A stretch of 62,817 bases of DNA, filler included, from Nitrospinota bacterium (lineage in GTDB: Bacteria > JADFOP01): NCBI GenBank assembly GCA_022562795.1. It is 9 parts of 9 records of this genome, joined end to end, with 100 filler letters (N's around TTAATTAATTAA, not from the genome) between each part and the next. Parts side by side here need not be neighbours in the genome. Positions count along the whole stretch, not along the records: positions 59,159 to 62,817 come from JADFOP010000005.1; 8 more parts are not named here. The stretch is one strand, 5' to 3'. The position numbers and the translations under genes are program-made. Below are positions 60,621 through 62,817 of the stretch, piece by piece. Position 1 is the stretch's first letter. Every line of letters starts with the position of its first letter. The notes beneath the pieces were generated by a model. That model saw nothing but the letters and a program-made list of their open reading frames with translations, made no database searches and had not been told where the DNA came from.

Positions 60621-61358
60621 ATGGCATCTCTCACTGGAAAGGTGGCAGTTGTGACCGGCGGTTCGAGGGGTATCGGGCGTGCGGTTGCCGAACGTTTGGG
60701 CAAAGATGAGGCATCCATTGTGGTGAACTATGTGCGGAACGCTGACAAAGCTGGCGAGGTGGTCTCAGCGATTCAATCGGGAGGGGGAAGTGCGCTCGCC
60801 GTGCAGGCCGACGTGTTCAAGCTGGCCGATATTCACCGCCTGTTCGAGGAAACCGTCGACCACTTCGGCCACCTGGATATCCTTGTACATAGTGCCGGCG
60901 TGTTTCTGTCTAAGGAGGTCTCCGAGGTGACCAAAGAGGATTTCGAGGCTACCTTTGCGCTGCAGGCGAAGGGTACCTTTTTCGTCCTGCAAGAAGCAGC
61001 ACGTCGGATTCGGGACGATGGAAGGATCATCAACATCTCATCCTCAGCTACGGCGCTGATTTTTCCGGGAGCGGCGCTCTATGTCGGGAGCAAGGCCGCG
61101 GGCGAACAATTTACCAAGACTCTGGCCAAAGAACTGGGCGGGCGTGGCATCACTGTGAACTCCGTGTCTCCCGGCTACACCGAGACCGACATGCTGCCCA
61201 AAGACCCCGGCTTTAGAGAGATGGTGGCGAAGCAGTCTGCGTTTGGCCGGCTCGGACAGCCAGTGGACGTTGCCGACGTCGTTGCGTTTCTAGCCAGCGA
61301 CCAGGCGCGCTGGCTCACCGGACAGAATGTCCAAGCCGGCGGCGGGTTAGTCATGTAG
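60621..61358 (+). CDS. SDR family oxidoreductase
   Basis: TGGSRGIG, YVGSK, VSPGYTETD, WLTGQ. Confidence 0.92.
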   Translation: MASLTGKVAVVTGGSRGIGRAVAERLGKDEASIVVNYVRNADKAGEVVSAIQSGGGSALAVQADVFKLADIHRLFEETVDHFGHLDILVHSAGVFLSKEVSEVTKEDFEATFALQAKGTFFVLQEAARRIRDDGRIINISSSATALIFPGAALYVGSKAAGEQFTKTLAKELGGRGITVNSVSPGYTETDMLPKDPGFREMVAKQSAFGRLGQPVDVADVVAFLASDQARWLTGQNVQAGGGLVM

Positions 61359-61475
61359 CCCTAGGCTCGCGCTTAACTTGCCGCTAAGCTGCGGCCGGAC
61401 TATTGCTGTCAGCGGAACTCGCGATGTTCTGTTTCTACTCTTTCCCTGTTGTCCATCACAAGACGCTTCCACCGC

Positions 61476-61943
61476 CTAAAGCTCCAGCGGTGGTCCCACT
61501 ATATCCATGTTGTACTTCTCGGCTAAGGCTTTGGCTTTGGCAACATAAGCTTCTGTGTCCGTAACATCCAGATCAACCGCTTCATCAAAGAACTGCTCAA
61601 ATCCTGCTGGAGAAAAGATGGCGAGTAACTTGGCAGGCTCCTGCCCGATCCGAGAAAAGGCATGAACCGTTCCCCTGGGGATGAGTACGAAAGAACCGGC
61701 TGTCGCTTTAAAAGTGCGTTCTCCCAGCAGGACGTTAATCTCTCCCTCTAAGACATAGAAGGCTTCATCCTCGGTTTTGTGTATGTGTTGTGGCGGTCCG
61801 TCACCGACTAGCTCAACTTCCAACAGTGAATACGCGCCATCAGTGTCTGCACCAACCACCTTATGCGTTATCTTGTGACCTGGCACTGGAATTGTTTGGC
61901 CTTCTCCTGGGCTAAGCACTATATTTTTATCGCTAGTAAACAT
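61476..61943 (-). CDS. cupin domain protein
   Basis: PPQHIH-EDEAFYVLEG, IPRGTVHAF. Confidence 0.9.
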   Translation of the reverse strand: MFTSDKNIVLSPGEGQTIPVPGHKITHKVVGADTDGAYSLLEVELVGDGPPQHIHKTEDEAFYVLEGEINVLLGERTFKATAGSFVLIPRGTVHAFSRIGQEPAKLLAIFSPAGFEQFFDEAVDLDVTDTEAYVAKAKALAEKYNMDIVGPPLEL

Positions 61944-62042
61944 GATTTATTCCCCCCTTGCTTATTGCAACACTTCTCTAACTGTGAATCTTACATAACA
62001 ATTGCGTTGCACTTTATAAAGATTAGGGTATTATCAAGCCAA

Positions 62043-62609
62043 TTAACCAGAGCCAGTCAGCTCCGTGACCTTTGTGTCGCCGAACCGTCGAGTATCGACG
62101 ACCCGCCAGCCCCCCTTTTCAGCGACCTCAATTTCCTCGCTGACCGCATGCTCCCAAAATAGCCTGCCCCCAGCCACGAGCAGGGGGCTCCCCGCGAGCC
62201 TCTTCAGGGCCACCAGGCCCGCCTCGCTCCGATACGGGGGATCGAGGAAAATGAGGTCGAAAGCCTCCCCCTCCTTTTCAAGGTAAGCTACGGCCCTAAC
62301 CAAAGCCATAGGCAGAATGGTCCAGATCCTCCCCTCCTCCTCGGAAAAGCCGGCCAGCCCCAAGTTCTCCTCGATGCACCGACGGGCCCGCCGATCGCTT
62401 TCGACGAAGACGACCCGCGAGGCGCCTCGGCTTAGGGCCTCGATCCCAACGGCGCCGCTTCCCGCAAAGCCGTCGAGAAAGCGCCTGCCCCTGAGGTCGC
62501 CAAGCCTATTAAAGAGGCTTTCGCGCACCTTCTCGGGCGTAGGCCGGATATCGTAGCCAGGCAGGGTCCTCAACCTGCGGCCTTTGGCGACTCCCGCGAT
62601 TATCCGCAC
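62043..62609 (-). CDS. rsmD: 16S rRNA (guanine(966)-N2)-methyltransferase
   Basis: MRIIAG, RPT, FAGSGAVGIEALSRGA, FLDPPY. Confidence 0.95.
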   Translation of the reverse strand: MRIIAGVAKGRRLRTLPGYDIRPTPEKVRESLFNRLGDLRGRRFLDGFAGSGAVGIEALSRGASRVVFVESDRRARRCIEENLGLAGFSEEEGRIWTILPMALVRAVAYLEKEGEAFDLIFLDPPYRSEAGLVALKRLAGSPLLVAGGRLFWEHAVSEEIEVAEKGGWRVVDTRRFGDTKVTELTGSG

Positions 62610-62650
62610 TCCGCATCCTTTCCCTGACCGGAAATACCCACGGATAGATG

Positions 62651-62817
62651 CTAGCTGCCCAGTCCAAGGTGGACAAACTCATCGGGGTCGAGGTCTTCGA
62701 AGTGAACCAGCCGCCGAAAGGCCCTGAAGCGGTCGTGGATTTCATCGTAGGTGACTCCCTTGAGCCGATCGAGGCTGAAGGCCTCAACGTTGAAGCTAGC
62801 CATGACGCTCCCCATGA
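62651..62817 (-). CDS. C-terminus of a PfkB-family carbohydrate kinase (partial)
   Basis: Manual translation MGSVMASFNVEAFSLDRLKGVTYDEIHDRFRAFRRLVHFEDLD... Confidence 0.65.
   Translation of the reverse strand, partial: MGSVMASFNVEAFSLDRLKGVTYDEIHDRFRAFRRLVHFEDLDPDEFVHLGLGS

Overview
This window is a concatenation of nine assembly contigs joined by artificial N-TTAATTAATTAA-N linkers, from a GC-rich bacterium (probably a metagenome-assembled genome), so synteny across linkers is meaningless. Housekeeping content: rsmI, an isocitrate/isopropylmalate dehydrogenase, pyrF, a lysA-dapA-dapB-dapL-folK operon, an ldcA/serine hydrolase/mpl peptidoglycan-recycling operon, an ECF sigma/anti-sigma trio, pckA, malic enzyme, mgtE, a lone nuoI, a GAF-PAS kinase with an NtrC-type regulator, a YitJ-type methyltransferase/MTHFR, msrB, proS, gatB, a ClC transporter split over two contigs, partial polA, rsmD, and tRNA-Thr(CGT), tRNA-Val(TAC) and tRNA-Asp(GTC). 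Most interesting accessory signals: (1) a probable 68-aa selenoprotein (CxxU) hidden by an in-frame TGA with a downstream hairpin; (2) a repeat-flanked two-gene module (PII/DUF3574/SAM-lyase-like protein plus an RHH-like protein) beside a tRNA remnant, a candidate uncharacterised toxin-antitoxin or defence-related system; (3) three zinc-finger microproteins, two missed by the ORF track; (4) an integrase/RHH/excisionase element at tRNA-Thr with a visible operator and arm-type sites; (5) a degenerate integron-cassette-like array; (6) several dispersed repeat families (GTAG-headed REPs, CCGCCTNAGGCGG, a 10-bp-phased 39-mer, a ~140-bp element); (7) a DnaA-box cluster with no dnaA gene nearby. All family assignments are from motif recognition; no searches were run.
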